Positions 17,713-26,679 of a DNA stretch of 48,315 bases are shown one piece after another. The notes beneath the pieces are model-generated. The model was not told the origin of the DNA. It searched no databases and saw nothing but the letters and a program-made list of their open reading frames with translations. The stretch's first letter is position 1; each line of letters starts with the position of its first letter. The position numbers and the translations under genes were made by a program. The stretch comes from an uncultured Oscillospiraceae bacterium (lineage in GTDB: Bacteria > Bacillota > Clostridia > Christensenellales > CAG-138), in assembly GCA_964541695.1 (NCBI GenBank), contig CAZIRB010000007.1, positions 2,419 to 50,733 on the forward strand, read 5' to 3'.

Positions 17713-18945
17713 TTACAGAATGCCGGAGCGCTCCAGCGCGTCTAGCGTCGGCTCGCAGAGCTTCGGCTTTCCCGCGGCGCGCAGCGCGTTTTTCACGTCC
17801 TTTAGGCCGCTGCCCGTGTTGATCACGGTCACGGTCTCACTGGGTTTGATCACGCCGCGCCGCACCGCCTCGAATACGCCCGCCGCCGCCGTGACGCCGG
17901 CCGGCTCGCCGAACACGCCCTCGGAGCGGCCGAGCACGCGCATGGCGGCCAGGATCTCGTCGTCGGACACAGCGATCCATGCGCCGCCGCTGTCTTTCAC
18001 CGCGCGCAGCGCCTTTTTCGGGTTCCTCGGCACGCCGACCGCGATGCTGTCCGCAATCGTGTTCTCCTCGGCCGGCACAAGCGCGCGCCCCTCGCGCGCG
18101 GCGTCGACGAACGGGCAGCAGCCCGTGGACTGCACGCCGAGTATCTTCGGGATGCGCTCGATCATGCCGAGCTGCAATAAATCATAGAAACCGTTGTACA
18201 CGCCGCCGATCGTGCAGCCGTCGCCGACCGAGCACGCGACCCAGTCGGTCGGCTCGAACGCGAGCTGCTCCGCAATCTCGAGCGACACGGTCTTCTTGCC
18301 CTCGATCATGACGGGGTTGATGCCCGCGTTGCGGTTGTACCAGCCGTATTTGTCGATCGCGGCCTTGGAGAGGTCGAACGTGGCCTTGTAGTCCCCGTGC
18401 ACGGAGACGACCTTCGCGCCGAATATCATGAGCTGCGCGACCTTCCCCTCGGGCGCGCGCTCCGGCACGAATATCACGGCGTTCAATCCCATGCGCGCGG
18501 CGCTGCCCGCCAGGCTCGAGGCGGCGTTGCCCGTCGACGAGCACGCGATCGTGTCGTAGCCAAGCTCAATGGCCTTGGCCACCGCGACGCCGGACGCGCG
18601 GTCCTTGAGCGAGGCCGTCGGGTTGAGGCCGTCGTCCTTGATGTACAGCTTTTTAATGCCCAGCTCGTCCCTTAGCTTCCGGCTTTCATACAGGGGCGTC
18701 CAGCCGATGCGCAGATGCCCGGAAAAATCAGCCGCGGCAAGCGGCAGGAGCGCCTTGTAGCGCCACATACTGTTGTCGCGGTCGTTTCTGAGAGTTTCCT
18801 TCGAAAGCGATTTTTTCACTTCCGAGTATCTGTAAAGGATGTCTAGGATTCCCGTTTCCCCGCACACTGGGCAGGTCATGCGCTCCGGTGCGGGCGGGTA
18901 CACCCCGCCGCAGACCGTGCATCGATAGCCCTCCACGTGCTTCAT
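17713..18945 (-). CDS. thrC: Threonine synthase family PLP enzyme with N-terminal zinc ribbon
   Basis: 410 aa. CTVCG..CPVCG ribbon, PLP-lysine block NPTASLKDRAS, fold-type II pattern. First gene of the minus-strand operon. Confidence 0.75.
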   Translation of the reverse strand: MKHVEGYRCTVCGGVYPPAPERMTCPVCGETGILDILYRYSEVKKSLSKETLRNDRDNSMWRYKALLPLAAADFSGHLRIGWTPLYESRKLRDELGIKKLYIKDDGLNPTASLKDRASGVAVAKAIELGYDTIACSSTGNAASSLAGSAARMGLNAVIFVPERAPEGKVAQLMIFGAKVVSVHGDYKATFDLSKAAIDKYGWYNRNAGINPVMIEGKKTVSLEIAEQLAFEPTDWVACSVGDGCTIGGVYNGFYDLLQLGMIERIPKILGVQSTGCCPFVDAAREGRALVPAEENTIADSIAVGVPRNPKKALRAVKDSGGAWIAVSDDEILAAMRVLGRSEGVFGEPAGVTAAAGVFEAVRRGVIKPSETVTVINTGSGLKDVKNALRAAGKPKLCEPTLDALERSGIL

Positions 18946-18986
18946 CGGCGTACCTCACAGCTCATTTTTTACGAAGAACACTGATA

Positions 18987-19015
18987 ATCATACATCATCG
19001 CGCGCGTTTTGTACA
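18987..19015 (-). promoter_or_regulatory. Candidate promoter of the thrC-like/ABC operon
   Basis: Minus strand TGTACA (plus 19010-19015), 17-nt spacer, TATGAT (plus 18987-18992) preceded by TG. Strongly resembles the promoter at 39514-39542. Confidence 0.4.
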
Positions 19016-19083
19016 GAGCATTTGACAATACGCAAAAGATTTTTTTGCACAGAAAAATATTCTTGTTTTTCCATTGCGCGGCA

Positions 19084-19113
19084 TTGCATTTTCCGCGATC
19101 ACCACGGTATAAT
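19084..19113 (+). promoter_or_regulatory. Candidate ssnA-ygfK-xdh promoter
   Basis: TTGCAT (19084-19089), 18-nt spacer, TATAAT (19108-19113). AAGGAGG SD before ATG 19167. Confidence 0.45.
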
Positions 19114-19166
19114 ATGGCCATAGTGCGGTTCTTTATCCATTCCATATCAATAAGGAGGCACGCGCC

Positions 19167-20492
19167 ATGCTGCTGATCGGAAACGGAAGGCTTGTCACGC
19201 GCGACAACGGAATCTACTACGAAAACGGCGCCGTCGCCGTCGACGGCCGCCTGATTGCCGACGTCGGCCCGACGGATGCGATGAAAAGCCGCTATCCGGA
19301 CGCGGAGTTTCTCGACGCGCGCGGCGGCGTGATCCACCCGGGTCTGATCAACGCGCACAACCATATTTACAGCGCGTTTGCGCGCGGGCTGTCGATCGCG
19401 GGCTACAGCCCGAAAAACTTCAACGACATCCTCGAGGGCATGTGGTGGAAGATCGACCGGAAGCTGACGCATGAAAACAACGCGCTCTCGGCCGAAGCCA
19501 CCTATCTCGACTGCATCAAAAACGGCGTGACGACGGTGTTCGACCACCACGCAAGCTACACGGCCGTCGAGGGCAGCCTGGATGACATCGCCTCGGCCGC
19601 GAAGAAATACGGCGTGCGCACGAGCCTGTGCTACGAGGTGTCCGACCGCGACGGCGAAACGCGGATGCGCGAGGCCGTGCTCGAGAACGAGCGCTTCATA
19701 CTCGCCGCGCAAGCGGACGGCACGGACATGCTCAAGGGCATGATGGGCCTGCACGCGGCGTTCACGCTCTCCGACGAAACGCTCGCGTTCGTCAACGCGC
19801 ACCGCCGCGGCGCGGGCTGCCACGTCCACGTGGCCGAGGGCCCGGGCGACGTGGCCGACTCGCTCAAAAAATACGGCAAGCGCATCGTCAATAGGCTCTA
19901 CGACATGGACATACTCGGCGAACAGACGCTCGCGATCCACTGCGTGCACGTGTCCCCCGCCGAGATCCGGCTGCTCGCCGAGACGGGCACCGCCGTCGTA
20001 CACAACCCGGAGTCCAACATGGGCAACGCGGTCGGCTGCGGGCCGGTGCTGCGCATGTGCGCCGAGGGCGTGCTGGTCGGCCTCGGCACCGACGGCTATA
20101 CGAACGACATGCTCGAAAGCTACAAGGTCGGCAACATCCTGCACAAGCATCACCTCTGCGACCCGACCGTGGCCTGGGGCGAGATTCCGGAGATGCTATT
20201 CATCAACAATGCTAAGATCGCCGCGCGGTATTTTGAAAAGCCGCTCGGCGTGCTCAAGAAGGGCGCGTACGCGGACGTCGCCGTGTTCGACTACGATCCG
20301 CTCACGCCGATGGACGGCACAAACGTCAACGGGCACATGCTGTTCGGCATGAACGGCCGCTCGGCCGTGACGACCGTCTGCAACGGCCGCGTGCTGATGC
20401 GCGACCGCAAGCTGCTCGCTGCGGACGAACAGCTCGTGATGCGGGAATGCCGCAGGAGCGCGCAGTCGCTCTGGAACGCCGTCAACGGTTAA
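19167..20492 (+). CDS. ssnA: Putative aminohydrolase SsnA (amidohydrolase superfamily)
   Basis: 441 aa. MLLIGNGRLVTRD...HPGLINAHNHIYSAFARG and the WWKIDRKL block are typical of the SsnA subfamily. Adjacent to ygfK. Confidence 0.88.
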   Translation: MLLIGNGRLVTRDNGIYYENGAVAVDGRLIADVGPTDAMKSRYPDAEFLDARGGVIHPGLINAHNHIYSAFARGLSIAGYSPKNFNDILEGMWWKIDRKLTHENNALSAEATYLDCIKNGVTTVFDHHASYTAVEGSLDDIASAAKKYGVRTSLCYEVSDRDGETRMREAVLENERFILAAQADGTDMLKGMMGLHAAFTLSDETLAFVNAHRRGAGCHVHVAEGPGDVADSLKKYGKRIVNRLYDMDILGEQTLAIHCVHVSPAEIRLLAETGTAVVHNPESNMGNAVGCGPVLRMCAEGVLVGLGTDGYTNDMLESYKVGNILHKHHLCDPTVAWGEIPEMLFINNAKIAARYFEKPLGVLKKGAYADVAVFDYDPLTPMDGTNVNGHMLFGMNGRSAVTTVCNGRVLMRDRKLLAADEQLVMRECRRSAQSLWNAVNG

Positions 20493-20502
20493 GGAGGTAA
20501 CC

Positions 20503-23484
20503 ATGTCCGACAGAATGACCCCGATCCCGTTCGCTTCCCTGATGGAGTGGATCCTCGACGAGCGAAGGCGGCACGGCGCCGTGTTCGGCGTGCGCAGGCC
20601 GTTTTTCGCCAGGCGCGGCAAGACGCTCGAGTTGTTCGGCGAAAGGCTCGAGACGCCGTTCGGCCCCGCGGCCGGTCCGCACACGCAGCTCGCGCAGAAC
20701 ATCGTGGCCGCCTATGTCGCGGGCGCGCGCTTTTTCGAGCTCAAGACCGTGCAGACGCTCGACGGCGAGGATCTGCCGGTTTCAAAGCCGTGCATTTTGG
20801 CTGAGGACGAGGGCTATAACGTCGAGTGGTCGACGGAGCTGCGCGTACACGAGGCGTTTGCCGAATACGTCAAGGCCTGGTTTATGCTCAAGCTGATCGC
20901 AAAGGAGTTCGGCCTCGGCGACCCGGACGGCTTCGTGTTCAACATGAGCGTCGGGTACAATTTTGACGGCATCACGTCGAAAAAGATCGACGATTTCATC
21001 GAGGGGCTGAAGAACGCGGAGGGCACGCCGGTCTGGGACGAGTGCGCGCGCTGGGCAAAGGCAAACCTGTCGCGCTTTACCGCCGTGGACGAAGCGTACA
21101 TCGACGGCATATCGCCCGCCGTGTGCACGTCCGTGACGCTGTCGACGCTGCACGGCTGCCCGCCGCAGGAGATCGAGCGCATCGCGGGGTATCTGCTGGA
21201 ACAAAAGCGGCTGCACACGTTCGTCAAGTGCAACCCCACGCTGCTTGGGTACGATTTCTGCCGCCGCACGCTCGACGGCCTCGGCTTCGACGCCGTCGCG
21301 TTCGACGAGTTCCACTTCCGGGACGATCTGCAGTATAAGGATGCTGTGCCGATGTTCCGGCGGCTGCAGGACAAGGCTGCGGGGTTCGGCCTCTCGTTCG
21401 GCCTCAAGCTTTCCAACACGTTCCCGGTCAAGATTACGAAAAGCGAGCTGCCGGGCGAGGAGATGTACATGAGCGGCCGCGCGCTCTACCCGCTGACCGT
21501 CGAGATGGCGCGGCGGCTCGCGGCGGAGTTTGACGGGCAGCTTCGGCTCTCGTTCTCCGGCGGCGCGGACGCGTTCAACATCGAGGGCCTGTTCGACGCG
21601 GGCATCTGGCCCGTCACGCTCGCCACGACGCTGCTTAAAGTCGGCGGCTACCAGCGATTGACGCAGATGGCGGAATCGCTGCAGGAGCGCCCGTACCGGC
21701 CGTTTTCCGGCGTGTCCGTCGGCAAGGTGACGCTTCTTGCCGAGAACGCGCGGCACGACGCGCGGCACACGAAGGCCGTCAAGCCGCAGCCGCCGCGCAA
21801 GATCGACGACAAGGTGCCGCTGTTCGACTGCTTCATCGCGCCGTGCACGTACGGCTGCCCGATTCATCAGGACATTCCGGAGTACATCGAGCTCGTCGGA
21901 AAGGGCGCGTACGCCGAGGCGCTCGCGCTGATTGTCGAGAAAAACCCGCTGCCGTCCGTCACCGGCCGCATCTGCCCGCACCGCTGCACAGACAAGTGCA
22001 CGCGCGGCTTTTACGAGGAGCATGTGCACATCCGCGACGCGAAGCTTGCCGCCGCGGTCAACGGCTTTACCGCGTTTCTGCCGACCGTAAAGCCCGGCGC
22101 GGCGTCCGGCAAACGCGTCGCGGTGATCGGCGGCGGTCCCGCGGGCATGGCGGCGGGCTTCTTCCTCGCGCGGCAGGGCGCGGCTGTCACGCTGTTTGAA
22201 CAGCGCGAAAAGCTCGGCGGCGTCGTGCGGTACGTGATTCCGTCGTTCCGCATACAGGATGAAGACATCGACCGCGACGAAGCGCTGCTTTACGCCATGG
22301 GCGTCGACGTGCGCTGCGGCGCGGACGCGCCGGGCGTCGCGGAGCTGAAAAAGCAAGGCTTTGAGGCCGTCGTGTTCGCGATCGGCGCCTGGGCGCGCGC
22401 GCAGTCCACGCTGAAAACAGGCGAGGGCGTCGACGCGCTGGAGTTTTTAGAGAAGCTCAAGGCGGGGACGCTGGCGGCCCCCGGCGAGACCGTCGTGATC
22501 GTCGGCGGCGGCAACACCGCCATGGACGCGGCCCGCGCCGCAAAAAGGCTCCCCGGCGTCAAGCGCGCGCTGCTTGTCTACCGCCGCACAAAGCGCTACA
22601 TGCCCGCCGAGGAGGAGGAACTCAGGCTCGCGCTGGACGAGGGCGTGGAGTTTTTTGAGCTGCTCTCCCCCGTCTCGCTCGAAAACGGCACGCTGACCTG
22701 CAACAAAATAAAGCTCGGCGAACCGGACGCCTCCGGCCGCCGCTCCCCGGTTGAGACGGGCGAGACGCTCGCGCTGCCGTGCGATACGCTGGTGTTTGCG
22801 ACCGGCGAGGGCGTCGAAACGGAGCCGTTTACGAAAAACGGCGTCGCGCTCGATGCGCGCGGCCGCGTAACCGCGGATCCCGGCACGCTCGAAACGTCCG
22901 TGCCCGGCGTGTACGTCATTGGCGACGCCAAGGGCGGCCCGGCGACCGTCGTGGAGGCCATCGCCGATGCGCGCAGGGCCGCAGACGCCATCGCGGGCGA
23001 ATATCGTTATGAGATTCCCGAGGACGCGAAGGGCTGCGTAGACGCCTGCTACAAAAAACAGGGCATCCTAAGGCTGTACGACGACGCGAAAAAGGAGAAC
23101 CGTCGCTGCCTGACGTGCTCGACGGTCTGCGAATGCTGCGCCACCGTCTGCCCGAACCGCGCGAACATCGCCATCGACGTGCCGGGCGCGCGCATGCATC
23201 AGATCGTGCATGTCGACAAGATGTGCAACGAGTGCGGCAACTGCCGCGCGTTCTGCCCGTACGACAGCGCGCCCTACCTCGAGAAGCTCACGCTGTTCTC
23301 GACCGAGCGCGAGTTTGCCGGCAGCAAGAACCCGGGCTTTTACCCGCTCGGCGGCGGCGCGTACCGCGTGCGCCTGTACGGCGAGCCCTTCACGGCCCGG
23401 CCGGGCGACGCGTCGCTCGAGCCGGAATTGTCGCGGCTGCTGACCACAATTGAGCGGGACTACGCGTACCTGCTCAACCTCTAG
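20503..23484 (+). CDS. ygfK: YgfK-type FAD/NAD(P)- and Fe-S-containing oxidoreductase (annotated elsewhere as putative selenate reductase subunit YgfK)
   Basis: 993 aa. N-terminal DHOD/DPD-like barrel, Cys cluster CPIHQDIPEY..CPHRCTDKC, Rossmann VAVIGGGPAGMAAGFFLA, C-terminal 2x[4Fe-4S] motifs (CSTVCECCATVCP, CNECGNCRAFCP). Confidence 0.88.
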   Translation: MSDRMTPIPFASLMEWILDERRRHGAVFGVRRPFFARRGKTLELFGERLETPFGPAAGPHTQLAQNIVAAYVAGARFFELKTVQTLDGEDLPVSKPCILAEDEGYNVEWSTELRVHEAFAEYVKAWFMLKLIAKEFGLGDPDGFVFNMSVGYNFDGITSKKIDDFIEGLKNAEGTPVWDECARWAKANLSRFTAVDEAYIDGISPAVCTSVTLSTLHGCPPQEIERIAGYLLEQKRLHTFVKCNPTLLGYDFCRRTLDGLGFDAVAFDEFHFRDDLQYKDAVPMFRRLQDKAAGFGLSFGLKLSNTFPVKITKSELPGEEMYMSGRALYPLTVEMARRLAAEFDGQLRLSFSGGADAFNIEGLFDAGIWPVTLATTLLKVGGYQRLTQMAESLQERPYRPFSGVSVGKVTLLAENARHDARHTKAVKPQPPRKIDDKVPLFDCFIAPCTYGCPIHQDIPEYIELVGKGAYAEALALIVEKNPLPSVTGRICPHRCTDKCTRGFYEEHVHIRDAKLAAAVNGFTAFLPTVKPGAASGKRVAVIGGGPAGMAAGFFLARQGAAVTLFEQREKLGGVVRYVIPSFRIQDEDIDRDEALLYAMGVDVRCGADAPGVAELKKQGFEAVVFAIGAWARAQSTLKTGEGVDALEFLEKLKAGTLAAPGETVVIVGGGNTAMDAARAAKRLPGVKRALLVYRRTKRYMPAEEEELRLALDEGVEFFELLSPVSLENGTLTCNKIKLGEPDASGRRSPVETGETLALPCDTLVFATGEGVETEPFTKNGVALDARGRVTADPGTLETSVPGVYVIGDAKGGPATVVEAIADARRAADAIAGEYRYEIPEDAKGCVDACYKKQGILRLYDDAKKENRRCLTCSTVCECCATVCPNRANIAIDVPGARMHQIVHVDKMCNECGNCRAFCPYDSAPYLEKLTLFSTEREFAGSKNPGFYPLGGGAYRVRLYGEPFTARPGDASLEPELSRLLTTIERDYAYLLNL

Positions 23485-23521
23485 CGCGCCGCGATCCATC
23501 CTGTTTTTTCGGAGGAACAAC

Positions 23522-26083
23522 ATGCCGTCGTTTTTCGTCAACGGCCGGCCCGTCGAGACGAACAAAAACCAGAAGCTTATCACATTTCTGCGCGACGAGC
23601 TGCGCCTTGTCAGCGTCAAGAACGGCTGCTCGGAGGGCACGTGCGGCACGTGCACCGTGCTCGTCGACGGGAAAGCGCAGCGCGCCTGTACGCTTTCGAC
23701 CGACAAGCTCGAGGGCAGGCATATCTTGACCGTCGAGGGTCTGAGCGAGCGCGAGAAAGCCGTCTACGCCTACGCGTTCTCGGCCGCGGGCGCGGTGCAA
23801 TGCGGCTTCTGCACGCCCGGCATGGTGATGGCCGCCAAGGGGCTGCTCGACAGCAACCCTCAGCCCGCGCGTGCCGAGGTCAAGGCCGCCATCCGCGGCA
23901 ACCTCTGCCGCTGCACGGGATATAAGAAGATTGAGGACGCGGTGCTGCTTGCGGCGCGGCTGTTCCTTGAAAACGCCGACGTGCCCGCGCCCGGCTGCGG
24001 CGGCGCGGTCGGCGCGCGCGCGCTGCGCGTCGACGCGCCGGGCAAGGTGCTCGGCACGGCCGTCTACGCGGACGACGTATATCTCGACGGCATGGTGCAC
24101 GCGTCGTGCGTGCGCAGCGCGTATCCGCGCGCGCGCGTGCTTGCCGTCCACACGGACGAGGCCAGAAAGGCGCCGGGCGTGCTCGCCGTGCTCACGGCCG
24201 ACGACGTGCCGGGTGCAAAGAAGATCGGCCACATCGTGCAGGACTACGACGTATTGATCCCGGCGGGGCACGTCACGCACTTTTTAGGCGACGCGATCGC
24301 GCTGGTCGTGGCCGAGACCGAGGAGCAGCTTGCGTACGCCAAGTCGCTCGTTACCGTGGACTACGAGGAGCTGCCGCCGATCCTCTCGGCCGCGGATTCC
24401 ATGGCGGAGGGCGCGCCGCGCGTGCACGCGGAGCGCGACAACCTGCTCGCGCATGAACACCTGCGGCGCGGCGAGGCCGAGGCGGCCATACAAAACAGCA
24501 AATACGTCGTGACGAACCGCTACAGCCTGCCGTTTACGGAACACGCGTTCCTCGAGCCGGAGTGCGCGGTCGCCTTCCCCGAGAACGGCGGCGTGCACAT
24601 CCTCTCGGGCGACCAGGGCATCTATCAGACGCGCAAGGAGTGCGCGGCATTGCTCGGATTGCCTCCGGAGCGCGTGCGCGTGACCGCAATGATGGTCGGC
24701 GGCGGCTTTGGCGGCAAGGAGGACATGAGCGTGCAGCACCACGCCGCGCTCGCGGCCTTCACGGTCCGGCGGCCCGTCAAGGTGCGGCTCACGCGCGCCG
24801 AGAGCATGCAGATCCACCCGAAGCGCCACCCGATGGAGCTGGAGTTTACGACCGCCTGCGACGAAAACGGCTACTTAACCGGCATGAAGGCAAGGCTTGT
24901 CGCCGACACGGGCGCGTACGCGTCGCTCGGCGGCCCCGTGCTGCAGCGCGCGTGCACGCATGCCGCCGGACCGTATAACTACCAAAACATCGACATCGAG
25001 GGCTTTGCTTACTACACGAACAACCCGCCCGCGGGCGCGTTCCGCGGCTTCGGCGTGTCGCAGAGCTGCTTTGCGACGGAGTGCAACCTCGACCAGCTCG
25101 CGGAAAAGGCCGGCATCACGCCGTTCGAGCTGCGCTACCGCAACGCGATCCGCCCGGGGCAGACGCTGCCGAACGGCCAGATCGCCGACGAAACGACCGC
25201 GCTCGTCGAGACGCTCGACGCGGTGCGGCCGATCCTTGACCGCAACCCGAAGGCGGGCGTCGCCTGCGCGATGAAGAACAGCGGCGTGGGCGTTGGGCTG
25301 ACCGACGTGGGCCGCTGCCGCATCGAGGTCAAGGGCGGAAAGCTGCTTTTGCACTCGAGCGCGGCCTGCATCGGCCAGGGCATGGGCACCGTGCAGCTGC
25401 AGATGGTGTGTGAAATTACGGGCCTTGCGCCCGACAAGATCGCCTACTGTGCGCCGGATACCGCCGACTCCCCCGACGCGGGCAACACGACGGCCTCGCG
25501 GCAGACACTGTTCACCGGCGAGGCGGCCGTGCGCGCGGCAAAGCTGCTGAGGGAAGCGCTCGACAGGGCCGGTTCGCTCGGCGCGCTCGAGGGCGAGAGC
25601 TTCCTCGGCGAATATTCGGGCGTGACGGACCGTATGGGCTCCGACAAGGCAAACCCCGTGTCGCACATCGCGTACAGCTACGCCACGCACGTCGTCGAAC
25701 TGGACGGGGACGGCTTTGTCGAGCGCGTGACCGCCGCGCACGACGTCGGAACGCCGGTCAACCCCACGGCGCTCGAGGGGCAGATCGAGGGCGGCGTGGT
25801 CATGAGCCTGGGCTACGCGCTGACGGAGGATTTCCCGCTTGAAAACGGGCGGCCGACGAAAAAGTTCGGTACGCTCGGGCTGTTCCGCGCCGACCGCACG
25901 CCGGAGATCACGAGCGTCTGCCTCGGCAAAGCGGACCGCGGCGACCTGGCCTGCGGCGCAAAGGGCGTCGGTGAGATCGCGGCCATCCCGACCGCGCCCG
26001 CCGTGCAGAACGCATACTATCATCGCGACGGCGTGCTCCGCACGAAGCTCCCGCTTGAAAACACGCCGTACCGCAAAAGCTGA
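23522..26083 (+). CDS. Fused [2Fe-2S] + molybdopterin-binding xanthine dehydrogenase family protein (XdhD-like; selenium-dependent molybdenum hydroxylase type)
   Basis: 853 aa starting at MPSFFVNGRPV (GGAGG SD). Contains CSEGTCGTCTV and CGFCTPGMVM 2Fe-2S motifs and the MoCo domain block GGGFGGKEDMS. No FAD domain. Confidence 0.9.
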   Translation: MPSFFVNGRPVETNKNQKLITFLRDELRLVSVKNGCSEGTCGTCTVLVDGKAQRACTLSTDKLEGRHILTVEGLSEREKAVYAYAFSAAGAVQCGFCTPGMVMAAKGLLDSNPQPARAEVKAAIRGNLCRCTGYKKIEDAVLLAARLFLENADVPAPGCGGAVGARALRVDAPGKVLGTAVYADDVYLDGMVHASCVRSAYPRARVLAVHTDEARKAPGVLAVLTADDVPGAKKIGHIVQDYDVLIPAGHVTHFLGDAIALVVAETEEQLAYAKSLVTVDYEELPPILSAADSMAEGAPRVHAERDNLLAHEHLRRGEAEAAIQNSKYVVTNRYSLPFTEHAFLEPECAVAFPENGGVHILSGDQGIYQTRKECAALLGLPPERVRVTAMMVGGGFGGKEDMSVQHHAALAAFTVRRPVKVRLTRAESMQIHPKRHPMELEFTTACDENGYLTGMKARLVADTGAYASLGGPVLQRACTHAAGPYNYQNIDIEGFAYYTNNPPAGAFRGFGVSQSCFATECNLDQLAEKAGITPFELRYRNAIRPGQTLPNGQIADETTALVETLDAVRPILDRNPKAGVACAMKNSGVGVGLTDVGRCRIEVKGGKLLLHSSAACIGQGMGTVQLQMVCEITGLAPDKIAYCAPDTADSPDAGNTTASRQTLFTGEAAVRAAKLLREALDRAGSLGALEGESFLGEYSGVTDRMGSDKANPVSHIAYSYATHVVELDGDGFVERVTAAHDVGTPVNPTALEGQIEGGVVMSLGYALTEDFPLENGRPTKKFGTLGLFRADRTPEITSVCLGKADRGDLACGAKGVGEIAAIPTAPAVQNAYYHRDGVLRTKLPLENTPYRKS

Positions 26084-26151
26084 CGCGCGGAAGGGCGGCG
26101 CATAGGACGGAATAGGGCGGCGAAATAAGGGACCTGCCATGCGGAGCGTCA

Positions 26152-26660
26152 GTTGCCGCCGAAGCGGCGCATACCGTCATCCGGGGGCGAAAGCCGCCCT
26201 GTAAAGCACAGGACGCCCGTTGCGGCGTCCGCGTCTTTTTCAGGGGCCTCGTCGAAAAATAAGTTCATGCGTCGCGGGACATTCGCCGCCATCGTGACGA
26301 CGGTACGTTCCACGCAAAATTCCCTAGAATTCCTCTTAATTCCGCAAAAGCACAGGGCGCCCGCCGCGGCGTCCGCGTCTTTCGTAATGCCCCGTCCAAA
26401 AAACAAAGCGCCGGCCCGCGTCCTGCGTGCCGGCCGCGCGACCGGGCTGAAGCCCGCTGTCAAAATAAGCTCCGATATCGCGAGACTTCTGTTGCCGCCG
26501 CGGCGGCAGGATCTGCACGAAGCTTCCCGGGATTCAGCCCCTTCCGCAAGCACAGGGCGCCCGCCGCGGCGTCCGCGTCTTTCGTAATGCCCCGTCCAAA
26601 AAACAAAGCGCCGGCCCGCGTCCTGCGTGCCGGCCGCGCGACCGGGCTGAAGCCCGCTGT
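26152..26660. repeat. Repeat cluster: exact 110-bp direct repeat (26351-26460 = 26551-26660, offset 200 bp) plus a diverged partial third copy (26152-26263)
   Basis: Base-by-base comparison. Each copy carries three GC hairpins. The cluster fills almost all of the 596-bp spacer between the xdh-like gene and the GNAT gene. Confidence 0.9.
26211..26240 (+). terminator. Terminator-like hairpin downstream of the xdh-like gene
   Basis: GGACGCC-CGTTGC-GGCGTCC followed by GCGTCTTTTT. Related hairpins recur in the two downstream repeat copies with a G-U-compatible change that pairs only on the plus strand. Confidence 0.35.
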
Positions 26661-26679
26661 GATCGTCAATATCCTCTGC

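Noticed and set aside
18946-19166. Looked for a purine (guanine/adenine) riboswitch in the divergent region between the thrC-like/ABC operon and ssnA.
   Set aside because: Both predicted leaders are only ~35-50 nt, and neither contains the conserved three-way junction sequences. The region looks like plain back-to-back promoters.
26387-26587. Repeated basic peptide ORF (MPRPKNKAPARVLRAGRATGLKPAV...) encoded once per 110-bp repeat copy. The second copy runs on as the 488-aa track ORF 26587-28053.
   Set aside because: No ribosome-binding site precedes either ATG. The frame stays open only because it is antisense to the GNAT gene and then merges with the prohibitin frame. The prohibitin gene has its own AAGGAGAA SD and ATG at 27208.
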